Shown here piece by piece: positions 54,820-63,938 of a DNA stretch of 64,000 nucleotides (positions are counted from its first letter, which is position 1; every line of letters starts with the position of its first letter). The notes under the pieces were generated by a model. That model searched no databases. It saw only the letters and a program-made list of their open reading frames with translations, and had not been told where the DNA came from. This DNA comes from an uncultured Actinomycetota bacterium. GTDB taxonomy: Bacteria; Actinomycetota; Actinomycetes; JACCUZ01. A program made the position numbers and the translations under genes. Where the stretch lies: positions 14,303 through 78,302 of the forward strand of contig CAVWQZ010000007.1 in NCBI GenBank assembly GCA_963757295.1. The letters run 5' to 3'.

Positions 54820-56907
54820 TTACGGCGTGGGCTCGATGACGACCTGGTCCGTGCCCGTGAGCGGCGGCAGGCTGCCGCTGCCCGGGTCGGTGTAGGACGC
54901 CGCGAAGACGGCGTTCAGGTCGTCGGTCGCCGGATCGTGCCCGGTGGGCACGGTGGTGACGAACTGCCCGGTGCACCCGAAGGCCGTGCTCTGCGGGTGC
55001 CCGTGGGTGTCATGGCCCAGGATGTAGGTCACCTGCACCTTGTTGCAGTCGACCGGCTGGTCGTCGGTCACCGTCACCGAGTAGGTCACGGTGTCGCCGA
55101 ACTGGAACCCGTTCGCATCGGTGGTCACGGTGAGGTCCACCACCGGCCGCTGGCCGACGGTGATCTCGACGTAGTCCGACACGATCCGACCGCCCTGGTC
55201 GGTCACCGTCAGCGTGGCGCGGTACACGCCCGCCTCGGTGTACGTGAACGTGGGGTTCGGCTGGCGCGAGTCGATCGTGCCGTTACCGTCGAAGTCCCAC
55301 GCGTACTTGATGCGGCGACCCTCCGGATCGGACACCGTGCTCGTGAACTGCACGGTGAGCGGGGGCGCGCCCTCGACCTGGTTGGCCGTGACGTTCACCG
55401 TCGGCGAGCGGTTGCCGCCCGGTCCGAGGTAGTCGATGCGCACGAGCTCGGCGCCCGGCTGGTTGCTGCCGAAGAAGCCGTTGCCGTAGTTGAGCACGTA
55501 CAGCGACCCGTTCGGCCCGAACTCCATGTCGATCGGGTTCTGGAGGTCGAACGAGGCGAGCACGGGCTCGATCCGCGTCACGTCGCCGCCTTCGGTGAAG
55601 AACGCCTTGATGTAGTCACGCGTCCACTCGTAGAACAGCGGCACTCCGTCGTAGTACTGCGGCCACGCCGTCGAGTTCTTGCTCTTGGCGACCTTGGCGT
55701 CGAACTGGTACGCCGGCCCGGCCATCGGCCCGATGCCGCCCGTTCCGAGCTCCGGGAACTCGGCGGAGAGCGTGTACGTGTACCAGACGTCGGGCTGCGT
55801 CACCGGCGGCAGCTGCGTGATGCCGGTGTTGTTCGGCGATGTGTTCACCGGGTTGGCGCAGTTGAACGGCGCGCCGGAGACGCCCGTGGCGAAGTTGTAG
55901 TCGACGTAGGGCAGCTCGGCGGTCGCGCAGTACGGCCAGCCGAAGTTGGCCGCCTCCGTGACGATCGACCACTTGCCCTGGCCGGCCGGCCCGCGCAGCG
56001 GGTTGGGCGTGTTCGCGTCGGGCGAGTAGTCGGCGATGTAGAGCTCGCCGGTCTCCTTGTTGTACTCGATGCGGAACGGGTTGCGCAGGCCCATCACGTA
56101 GATCTCGTCCCGCGTGAGCGCGTTGTTGTCGCCGTAGAAGAGGTTGCCCGCGACGCTGGTGTAGCTGCCGTCCGCGTTGACGTGGATGCGCAGGATCTTG
56201 CCGCGCAGGTCGTTCGTGTTGGCCGCACTGCGCTGGGCGTCGAACGCGGGGTTGCGGCCCGCGCGCTCGTCGATCGGCGTGTAGCCGTCGGACTGGAACG
56301 GGTTCGTGTCGTCACCGGTCGAGAGCAGCAGGTTGCCGTTCTCGTCGAAGACGATGTCGCCGCCGACGTGGCAGCAGATGCCGCGATCCACCGGGACCCG
56401 GAGGATCTGCTGCTCGGAGCCGAGGTCGATCGAGTCGCCGGTCCACTGGAAGCGGGAGAGCTGGATGTAGCCCTTGAACGCGGCGAACTGCGCGGGAGTG
56501 CCGAACTCCGGCGCATCGCCTTCGTTGACCGTCGGCGTCGCCGGGTCGTCGACCGGCGTGTTCAGCGGCGGCGAGTAGTAGAGGTAGACCCAGCCGTTCT
56601 CCTCGAAGTTCGGGTCGAGCGCGATGCTCTGGAGGCCCTCCTCGTCATGGCTGTAGACGTCGACCTTCGCCGCGAGGGTCTTCAGGCCGGTATCCGCGTC
56701 GTGGAGCCACACGTCCCCGTTGCGATCTGTGTGCAGGACGCTTCCGTCCGGCAGCACGGCGAGGTCGATGGGCTCACCCGGGGTCGCATCGATCACGACC
56801 TTCTGGAAGTGGGAGTCGGGCGGCGGCGCCTGGGCAGCCGCGGCCGAGGGTATGGCGCTTATCGCGATGGCCCCTACCAGGGCCACTAGTGCTCGAAATG
56901 TTCGCAC
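54820..56907 (-). CDS. secreted PQQ-dependent sugar dehydrogenase-like beta-propeller with a C-terminal PKD domain, intact
   Basis: A GTG start preceded by GGAGGA. Signal VRTFRALVALVGAIAISAIPSAAAAQA. EGLQSIALDPNF, CCHVGGDIVFD, GKILRI, GLRNPFRIEY, the PKD part PLTVQFTSTVSDPEGRRIKYAWDFDGNGTIDS..NPTFTYTEAGVYRATLTVTDQGG, and a further beta-rich tail. Confidence 0.85.
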   Translation of the reverse strand: MRTFRALVALVGAIAISAIPSAAAAQAPPPDSHFQKVVIDATPGEPIDLAVLPDGSVLHTDRNGDVWLHDADTGLKTLAAKVDVYSHDEEGLQSIALDPNFEENGWVYLYYSPPLNTPVDDPATPTVNEGDAPEFGTPAQFAAFKGYIQLSRFQWTGDSIDLGSEQQILRVPVDRGICCHVGGDIVFDENGNLLLSTGDDTNPFQSDGYTPIDERAGRNPAFDAQRSAANTNDLRGKILRIHVNADGSYTSVAGNLFYGDNNALTRDEIYVMGLRNPFRIEYNKETGELYIADYSPDANTPNPLRGPAGQGKWSIVTEAANFGWPYCATAELPYVDYNFATGVSGAPFNCANPVNTSPNNTGITQLPPVTQPDVWYTYTLSAEFPELGTGGIGPMAGPAYQFDAKVAKSKNSTAWPQYYDGVPLFYEWTRDYIKAFFTEGGDVTRIEPVLASFDLQNPIDMEFGPNGSLYVLNYGNGFFGSNQPGAELVRIDYLGPGGNRSPTVNVTANQVEGAPPLTVQFTSTVSDPEGRRIKYAWDFDGNGTIDSRQPNPTFTYTEAGVYRATLTVTDQGGRIVSDYVEITVGQRPVVDLTVTTDANGFQFGDTVTYSVTVTDDQPVDCNKVQVTYILGHDTHGHPQSTAFGCTGQFVTTVPTGHDPATDDLNAVFAASYTDPGSGSLPPLTGTDQVVIEPTP

Positions 56908-56931
56908 GTGATCCTCCATGGAAGTCCGCGG

Positions 56932-57010
56932 GGAAGGAACGTGCGGCGGGGGACCCGGCGGCCACCCCGCCGCACGGAAGGAACGTGCGGCGGGGGACCC
57001 GACGGTCACC
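56932..57010. repeat. two tandem copies of a 35-nt unit (44-nt period) forming strong hairpins
   Basis: GGAAGGAACGTGCGGCGGGGGACCCGGCGGCCACC occurs at 56932..56966 and, with 2 mismatches, at 56976..57010. The first copy forms an 11-bp stem, GTGCGGCGGGG / CCCCGCCGCAC. Confidence 0.7.
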
Positions 57011-57025
57011 CGTCGCGGGAGTGGC

Positions 57026-57965
57026 TCAGAAGTTGACGCAGTCGAGGTAGTCGAAGCCCTTCTGGGCGGCCTCGAACGGGTCGAACGTCGGGTCGCCGAA
57101 GCGCGGGTCGTGCTCGACGACGTAGTACCTGATCTGACCCTTGGCGGCGGCGAAGATCTCCGGGAAGTCGATGATCCCCTCGCCGACGATCTCGATCGGG
57201 CCGGGGAACGGACCGGCGGCCATGTCCTTGACGTGGAACAGCTGGATCCGGTTGCCGTAGCGCTCGATCAGGTCGACCGGGTTGTCGAGGCCACCACCGT
57301 TGGTCGCCCAGTACAGGTCGAGCTGGAACACGACGTTGCGCGGGTCGGTGTTGGCCATCAGGATGTCGAACACGGTCTGGCCGCCGAAGACCTCCTGGAA
57401 CTCAATGTGGTGGTTGTGCACCATCAAGCTGCTGGCCCTGCTGGCGGGCCAGGGCGCCGAGCTGGTTGAGGTACTCGGCGTACGCGACCCACTCGGCCTC
57501 GGTGTGGTAGATCAGCGGGAATATCGGGGTGGACCCGGACCCGAAGTACTTGATCCCCAGCGTCTTGTTGTCCGCCAGGATCTGCTGGATGTCGGCTGGG
57601 TGCTCCGGCGTGCCGACATCCACGTGCCGCGCGGACGCCTTGAGCCCGTACTTGTCCAGCAGCGCCCGGTACTGCACCGCCGTCAGGCCGCTCAGCGTGA
57701 ACGGCTCCACGTTGCGATAGCCCATCTCGCTGAGCCGGCGGAACACTTCCTCGGTCCGCGCGATCGTGGCCGCGTCGGTGCCGAAGCCGATGTACTCGGC
57801 GAACGTCCACAGCTGGATCGAGATCTTGTTCGTCGGCACGCCGCCGCCGGCACACTGCGGTGCCGCTGCGTTGGCTGTGCCGGCGGCGCCCAGGCTGACA
57901 CCGGTCGCCAGGACCGCCGCGACGAGGCCGCGGACGATGCGTCCACGGCTCCATGAAGTCCTCAT
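57026..57965 (-). CDS. secreted sugar phosphate isomerase/epimerase (xylose isomerase-like TIM barrel), one frameshift at about 57415
   Basis: Signal MRTSWSRGRIVRGLVAAVLATGVSLGAAGTANA. ISIQLWTF, GYRNVEPF, GIKYFGSG, HNHHIEF, FQLDLYW, LFHVKD and YYVVEHD. Confidence 0.8.
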
Positions 57966-58183
57966 GACGCCTCCCTGTGGTGGGGTGAAGAGGGTCGATG
58001 GGCGGGAGGCTACTCCCCATTTGCCCGTCCCGAAACGGGTGAAAATGCCCTGTCCCGAGGATTGGTCTGACCGACCGGCCAAGAGCCCCTTTCCGGGCCG
58101 GAGAGGGGCCGTGCGCTTTGAGCGCAGAGCTCTCTGCGCGTGGCGGTTTCGTTAGGCCGGCCCGGCAGGCGGCCTGTTCAACG

Positions 58184-58558
58184 TCAACTGGTTCCAGTTC
58201 GTCGGCCAGGGGGTGGGAACGCCGTAACCGGCGTGGAGTCCTCCGTGCCTGACCGCGGTTCGGGGACATTGAGCCGGATGTCGAGCACGCGGTGAAGATG
58301 CAGCCTGCGGATAGCCGAGTAGAGGTTGGCCGACGGCCCAACGCAGACCAAGTGACCGTCTGCTGCCTCGACCCGGCGCTTGAGTCCGACAAGCAGCCCC
58401 AGCCCGGCCGCGTCGTACGAGTGAACCGACTCGAGGTTGAAGTCGATGCGTCGCCCACGCGTCAGCGCGTCCGCGACCGAGGACCGAAGCTGCGCCGCCG
58501 TGCGGGCCGTCAGCTCGGTCCCGGCGTCCACGCCGATCGCGGGCCCATCAACAGCCAT
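58184..58558 (-). CDS. single-domain STAS protein (anti-sigma-factor-antagonist-like), intact
   Basis: A 124-aa ORF containing LTARTAAQLRSSVADAL, IDFNLESVHSYDAAGLGLLVGLKRR and HLVCVGPSANLYSAIRRLHLHRVLDI. Confidence 0.65.
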   Translation of the reverse strand: MAVDGPAIGVDAGTELTARTAAQLRSSVADALTRGRRIDFNLESVHSYDAAGLGLLVGLKRRVEAADGHLVCVGPSANLYSAIRRLHLHRVLDIRLNVPEPRSGTEDSTPVTAFPPPGRRTGTS

Positions 58559-58676
58559 CTCGCTCCTGTCAACAACCCACGTCGGTTGAAGATCGGGCTT
58601 CAGACGACTACACCACCCGGATCACCGGGTCTGGATCGCCCGCCAGGGATGAGGCGACCGATCGTGGGCCTTGGCC

Positions 58677-59515
58677 TCAGTAGACGGATACGTGCACGTG
58701 GTCGTAGTGGTTGGCCGTGGTGGACCCTCGGTCCTCCATGGGCCGCCAGCCTTCGCTGCTGCGCTGAACCGACCAGATGCGCTGCTTCCAGATGACCTCG
58801 CTCACGCCGAAGCTGGAGGCGTGCGAGCGGACGTACTGCGCGATCGAGTCACCGAGCGAGCCGGTGCACATGATGTCCAGGGCTCGACCGGCGCCGTGGT
58901 CGCCGGAGCCGGACCGGCCACCCCAGGAGCTGACGGCCGGGAACGCGGCACAGACGGCTCGGTAGAGCTTCACCGTGTTCGGCTGGAGACCGCTCTCGAC
59001 CGATGACCCGTCAGGACACGGCCGGCCCGACACGCCAGTCGGCGTGGCCGTCGCCGCCGTCGCCTTCGGCTTGGTGCGGGCGAGGTAGGTCTTGAGCACC
59101 CACACCGTCCGGTCCTTCCGCGCAATCTCTGCCCACTGGCCGCGCACCCTGCCCGTCACGAGCACCCTGACCCTGGCGTCGAGCACCGTGAGCAGCTTCG
59201 CGGACTCGCCGGGGCGGCTCCGAACGTTGAGCCGCGTCGTCGTCCACCGGGGCTTCAGCTTGACGGCCGGCTTCGTTGCCTTGACCGGCTGGGGCAACGA
59301 GCGCGATCCCTCGACCGCGACGCGGCAGCGAATCTGCGTGCGAGCGACCTCCGGTGCCGCCGTAGCCGGCGTGGCCACGGTCTCTCGGGGGACGCCACCT
59401 GTGCGCTCGCCGTGATGGGGATCGCCGTCGCCAGAGCCAGGCCGAACCCCGCGAGGGGGCGCAGTCGCCGAGCCAGGGTCCGGGGCCGGGTCTTCCGGTG
59501 TCTACCGGCAGGCAC
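58677..59515 (-). CDS. secreted SH3b-like plus zinc-peptidase-like protein, paralog B, one frameshift at about 59390
   Basis: GTG start encoding VPAGRHRKTRPRTLARRLRPLAGFGLALATAIPITASA. PRWTTTRLNVRSRPGESAKLLTVLDARVRVLVTG..WAEI, GSGDHGAGRALDIMC, and TTANHYDHVHVSVY followed by a stop. Confidence 0.72.
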
Positions 59516-59697
59516 TCGTTGATCACCTTGAGGGAGCAGGGGAAATGGGGGCAAAAGCGAGTCAAGCACATGCTGGCGGTCTCCCCGTGCACCGGAGGTA
59601 CCCACCGGAGACGTAGATCACACGCGTAGGTCCAGACCACGCCGCGGTGCAGCGACAGTCCGAGAGCCCTTGACGCGGCGGCCCGCGGCGCTTCACT

Positions 59698-59726
59698 TTA
59701 GTCGTCTGACTTAGACACTCGACTAA
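59698..59726. promoter_or_regulatory. inverted repeat, candidate TetR operator
   Basis: TTAGTCG-N15-CGACTAA with an internal AGTCgtctGACT. It lies 40 nt upstream of the TetR gene. A TTGACG hexamer is at 59670..59675. Confidence 0.45.
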
Positions 59727-59767
59727 CAGCGCTGTGCGGACCGGGAGGCTGGCATCGTGAACACCCT

Positions 59768-60346
59768 GTGGGCGCCGACGTGATCGTGTCGACCGCTCGC
59801 TCGACCGCGGAGGACGCGCTCCTCGACGCGGCTGAGCGACTGCTGGTGGACGCCGGACACGCCGGCGTCACCACGCGGCGGCTGGCAGAAGAGGCGGGGC
59901 TCAACCACGGCCTCGTGCACTACTACTTCGGGTCGGTCGAGAACCTGCTCGTCCGCACCCTCGAGCGGTTCACCGAGCGGCTGATCGCGCGGCAACGTGA
60001 GCTGTACGCCGCCGACCTGCCGTTCATCGAGAAGTGGCGCACCGCGATGCGCTACCTGATGAGCGACGACTCGGCGTACGAGAAGATCTGGCTCGAGCTG
60101 CAGGCACTCGCCTGGAACCGGCCCGAGCTGCGCGAGCACCTCGCCGCCGTGCACGGCGAGTGGCGAGCCGTGCTGATGGAGGCCTTCGCCGAGCCGCGCG
60201 AGCAGTTCGGGATCGACATGCCGCTCGAGGCACTCGTCAGCCTCGTCATGACGTTCAACGAGGGCATCATGCTCGATCGCCTGTCGGGCATCACCGAAGG
60301 CCACCAACAGCTGCTCGACTGGGTGGATCGGCGGCTGTCGGCATGA
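59768..60346 (+). CDS. TetR-family transcriptional regulator, intact
   Basis: HTH region ALLDAAERLLVDAGHAGVTTRRLAEEAGLNHGLVHYYFGSVENLL, in a 192-aa ORF. Confidence 0.9.
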   Translation: MGADVIVSTARSTAEDALLDAAERLLVDAGHAGVTTRRLAEEAGLNHGLVHYYFGSVENLLVRTLERFTERLIARQRELYAADLPFIEKWRTAMRYLMSDDSAYEKIWLELQALAWNRPELREHLAAVHGEWRAVLMEAFAEPREQFGIDMPLEALVSLVMTFNEGIMLDRLSGITEGHQQLLDWVDRRLSA

Positions 60347-62415
60347 CCGCGACGCGAGAGCAGTCGCGGGCTCGCTACCCCGACACCGAGGGGTACGTCG
60401 AGCGAGACGGCGTGCGGATCTTCTACGAGGTCTACGGCAAGGGCGAGCCGACCGTTCTGCTGCTGCCGACGTGGACGATCATCCACTCGCGCCAGTGGAA
60501 GATGCAGATCCCCTACCTGGCCCGCCACTGCCGGGTGGTCACCTTCGACGGTCGCGGCAACGGGCGATCGGACCGGCCGACCGAGGCGTCGGCGTACGCC
60601 GAGACGGAGTACGCGGCCGACGCCCTCGCCGTGCTGGACGCGACGGGCACCGACCGCGCGATCATCGTCGGCTTCTCGATGGGGGCACAGCGCGGGCTCG
60701 TGCTCGCCGCGGAGCACCCGGAGCGCGTGGACGGAGCCGTCTTCATCGGTCCGGCATACCAAGGCGGTGGCAAGCCCCTCACCGAACGGCTGGGGCATCC
60801 GTGGACCGAGCCCCTCGACACCGACGAGGGCTGGGCGAAGTACAACAAGCACTACTGGCTGCGGGACTACCAGGGCTTCCTCGAGTTCTTCTTCTCGAAG
60901 ATCTTCGTCGAGCCGCACTCGACGAAGCCGATCGAGGACTGCGTCGGCTGGGGACTCGAGACGACGGGGGAGACCCTCGTCCTCACGGGGGAGGCACCCG
61001 GCCTGGACCCCGAGGAGATGCGCGACGTGGCCAAGCGGGTGCAGTGCCCGGTGTTGGTCCTGCACGGGACGCACGACGAGGTCATCTCGTCGTCGCGCGG
61101 GAGCGCCCTCGCCGAGCACACGGGCGCTCAGCTGGTCCTCCTCGAAGGGTCCGGTCATGCGCCGCACGTGCGCGACCCGGTCAAGGCCAACCTCCTGCTG
61201 CGGGACTTCGCGTGCCCTCCGGCGCCGTCAACGCGGTGGGCGCGCGGCAGGTCGCGGCGCAAGCGGGCGCTCTACATCTCCTCGCCGATCGGGCTCGGCC
61301 ACGCCCAGCGCGATGTGGCGATCGCTGCCGAGCTGCGAAAGCTGCATCCCGACCTCGAGATCGACTGGCTCGCGCAGAACCCCGTGACGAGGGTGCTCGA
61401 GGCGCACGGCGAGCGGATCCATCCGGCCAGCGCTCACCTCGCCAACGAGTCGGGACACATCGAGAGTGAGAGCGCCGAGCACGACCTGCACTGCTTCCAG
61501 GCGATCCGCCGCATGGACGAGATCCTGCTGGCCAACTTCATGGTCTTCCACGACCTGGTCCGCGACGAGCAGTACGACCTGTGGATCGGCGACGAGGCGT
61601 GGGAGCTCGACTACTACCTGCACGAGAACCCGGAGCAGAAGCGGGCGCCGTACGTCTGGCTGACCGACTTCGTCGGCTGGCTGCCGATGCCGGACGGTGG
61701 AGAGCGGGAGTCGTTCCTCACCGCGGACTACAACGCGGAGATGATCGAGCACATCGCGCGCTTCCCGCGGCTGCGTGACCGCGCTCTCTTCGTGGGCAAC
61801 CCCGACGACGTCGTACCCGACGCATTCGGGCCCGACCTGCCGCTGATCAGCGACTGGACCCAGGAGCACTACGACTTCACCGGCTACGTGACCGGGTTCG
61901 ATCCCGAGCTCCTGGCCGACCGCGCGGCGCTGCGGTCCGAGCTCGGCTACGCCGCGGACGAGCAGGTCTGCATCGTCACGGTCGGCGGGTCAGGCGTCGG
62001 CGGCCACCTGCTGCGACGGGTGATCGAGGCGTTCCCGGAGGCCAAGCAGCGGGTGCCGGCGCTGAGGATGATCGTGGTCGCCGGGCCGCGCATCGACCCG
62101 GCGACCCTGCCGGGCGCGGAGGGGCTCGAGGTCCGGCCCTTCGTGCCCGACCTGTACCGGCACCTCGCCGCATGCGACCTGGCCGTCGTGCAGGGCGGGC
62201 TGACGACGTCGATGGAGCTGACCGCCAACCAGCGGCCGTTCCTCTACTTCCCGCTGCGGCACCACTTCGAGCAGAACTTCCACGTGCGGCACCGGCTGGG
62301 CAACTACGGCGCCGGCCGCGCGATGGACTTCGCGACGGCGGACGCCGGCGTGATCGCGCAGGCCATCGCCGAGGAGATCGGCCGTGACGTCGCGTACCGC
62401 CCCGTCGAGACGTGA
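60343..62415 (+). CDS. fusion protein: N-terminal alpha/beta-hydrolase domain plus a C-terminal GT-B (GT1/MurG-like) glycosyltransferase-like domain, intact
   Basis: The ATG overlaps the TetR stop (ATGA). Hydrolase: VLLLPTWTIIHSRQW, nucleophile elbow GFSMGA, and GSGHAPH. Second half: ALYISSPIGLGHAQRDVAIAAELRKLHPDLEIDWLAQ, VCIVTVGGSGVG and AVVQGGLTTSMELTANQRPFLYFPL. Confidence 0.8.
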   Translation: MTATREQSRARYPDTEGYVERDGVRIFYEVYGKGEPTVLLLPTWTIIHSRQWKMQIPYLARHCRVVTFDGRGNGRSDRPTEASAYAETEYAADALAVLDATGTDRAIIVGFSMGAQRGLVLAAEHPERVDGAVFIGPAYQGGGKPLTERLGHPWTEPLDTDEGWAKYNKHYWLRDYQGFLEFFFSKIFVEPHSTKPIEDCVGWGLETTGETLVLTGEAPGLDPEEMRDVAKRVQCPVLVLHGTHDEVISSSRGSALAEHTGAQLVLLEGSGHAPHVRDPVKANLLLRDFACPPAPSTRWARGRSRRKRALYISSPIGLGHAQRDVAIAAELRKLHPDLEIDWLAQNPVTRVLEAHGERIHPASAHLANESGHIESESAEHDLHCFQAIRRMDEILLANFMVFHDLVRDEQYDLWIGDEAWELDYYLHENPEQKRAPYVWLTDFVGWLPMPDGGERESFLTADYNAEMIEHIARFPRLRDRALFVGNPDDVVPDAFGPDLPLISDWTQEHYDFTGYVTGFDPELLADRAALRSELGYAADEQVCIVTVGGSGVGGHLLRRVIEAFPEAKQRVPALRMIVVAGPRIDPATLPGAEGLEVRPFVPDLYRHLAACDLAVVQGGLTTSMELTANQRPFLYFPLRHHFEQNFHVRHRLGNYGAGRAMDFATADAGVIAQAIAEEIGRDVAYRPVET

Positions 62416-62454
62416 CGGGGCGGCACGGGCGGCGGCGATGCTCGCCGAGCTTCT

Positions 62455-63512
62455 CTAGCGGCTGATGAGCACCTTGAGCGCGCGCGTCTCGCGCCGCGTT
62501 CCCGAAGGTCTCGTAGGCCGACATCACGTCGTCCAGCGCGAACTTGTGCGTGATGAACCTCTCGACCGGGAGCTTGTGCTGGGCGACGAGCTTGAGGAGC
62601 ATCCCGAGCGTCGTCGTGTTCACCAGCCCCATGCTGATGTTGATGTTCTTGATCCACAGGTCCTGCAGGTGCAGCTGCACCGGCTCTGCCGTGCACGCCG
62701 ACGTTCGCGATGTTGCCGCCGGGGCGCACGAGCTGGGTGCACATGTCGAAGGTGGCAGCGAGCCCGACCGCCTCGACCGCGACGTCGACGCCGTAGCCGT
62801 CGGTCAGGGCGAGCACCTGCTCCTTCCAGTCAGCAGCCCCGGAGTTGACCCCGTGGGTGGCACCCACCGTCTGGGCGACCTCGAGCCGGTTGTCGTCCAG
62901 GTCGATGGCGATGACCTGGGCTGCGCCGTAGAGCGAGGCGGTGGCGATGACGGCGAGGCCGACCGGGCCGGCGCCGACGACGGCGACCGTGTCACCGGGC
63001 TGCACCCGCCCGTACTGCACGCCGATCTCGAAGCCGGTGGGCAGGATGTCCGACAGCAGCAGCGCCGCGTCGTCCGCGATGCCGTCCGGCAGCTTGTAGA
63101 GCGAGTTGTCGGCGAACGGGATCCGGACCAGCTCGGCCTGCGTGCCGTCGATGAGGTGACCGAGGATCCAGCCGATGCCGGCCGCGCCCTCGTCGGCGAG
63201 GCAGTGCGACGGGTTGCCGCTGCGACAGTAGGAGCAGACGCCGCACGAGCTGATGCACGAGATGATGACGCGGTCGCCGGCGACGTAGTTGCGGACCGAC
63301 GGGCCGACAGCCACGACGGTTCCGACTCCCTCGTGCCCGAGGATCCTGCCCTCGGTGACGGCGGGGACGTCGCCCTTGAGGATGTGCAGGTCGGTTCCGC
63401 AGATCGTCGTGGAGTCGATTCGCACGATGGCGTCCGTGGCGTCGGTGAGAACGGGGTCGGGAACCTCGTCCCAGCTCTTCCGGCCCGGACCGTGGTAGAC
63501 GAGTGCCTTCAT
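62455..63512 (-). CDS. zinc-dependent alcohol dehydrogenase (MDR family), one or two frameshifts near 62690
   Basis: MKALVYHGPG, ICGTDLHILKGD, GHEGVGTVVAVG, CGVCSYCRSGNPSHC, the Rossmann motif VAVVGAGPVGL, and the C-terminus KFALDDVMSAYETFGNAA. Confidence 0.88.
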
Positions 63513-63681
63513 GAGGGTCTCCGCATGCTTTTCGCAGGCGAACCCAGTAGTCCGCCGTGTCCACAGGGTTCGCTGCGGGAGTCCTGAGCGACAGAGGCGA
63601 AAGACCCTGCTGGGGGTCTTGGCAGCGTGGCGGAAGGCGGCAAGAGTGGGGGCTGGGTCCCTGGGGAGCGGGAGGTAAGCC

Positions 63682-63906
63682 GTGGGGGACGCAGACGGGC
63701 GCAACGGTGCCGAGATCGCCGCCGAGATCGACGCGGAGACCGAGCCTGAGGTCGATCTGGAGTACGACCTGGCCCACGAGTGGACCGGTGGTCCCGATGA
63801 CGCGGTGACACGACGGGACCGGCCGGCTGTCTACGTCGCGACCGAGACGGCCGACGAGGGAGGGGACTACGAATACGACATGGCACACGACGTGCCAGGA
63901 CGCTGA
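63682..63906 (+). CDS. hypothetical small acidic protein with an internally repeated motif
   Basis: A 74-aa ORF. DLEYDLAHE and DYEYDMAHD are separated by about 37 residues. No family recognised. Confidence 0.35.
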   Translation: MGDADGRNGAEIAAEIDAETEPEVDLEYDLAHEWTGGPDDAVTRRDRPAVYVATETADEGGDYEYDMAHDVPGR

Positions 63907-63938
63907 CATTCGCGTACGCCGAGTCGAGGAGGTTCGAG

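Noticed and set aside
58184-58558. A partner-switching module built around the single-domain STAS protein
   Set aside because: No RsbW-type kinase, PP2C phosphatase or sigma factor gene is recognisable within several kb on either side, so there is no basis for calling a module from this window.
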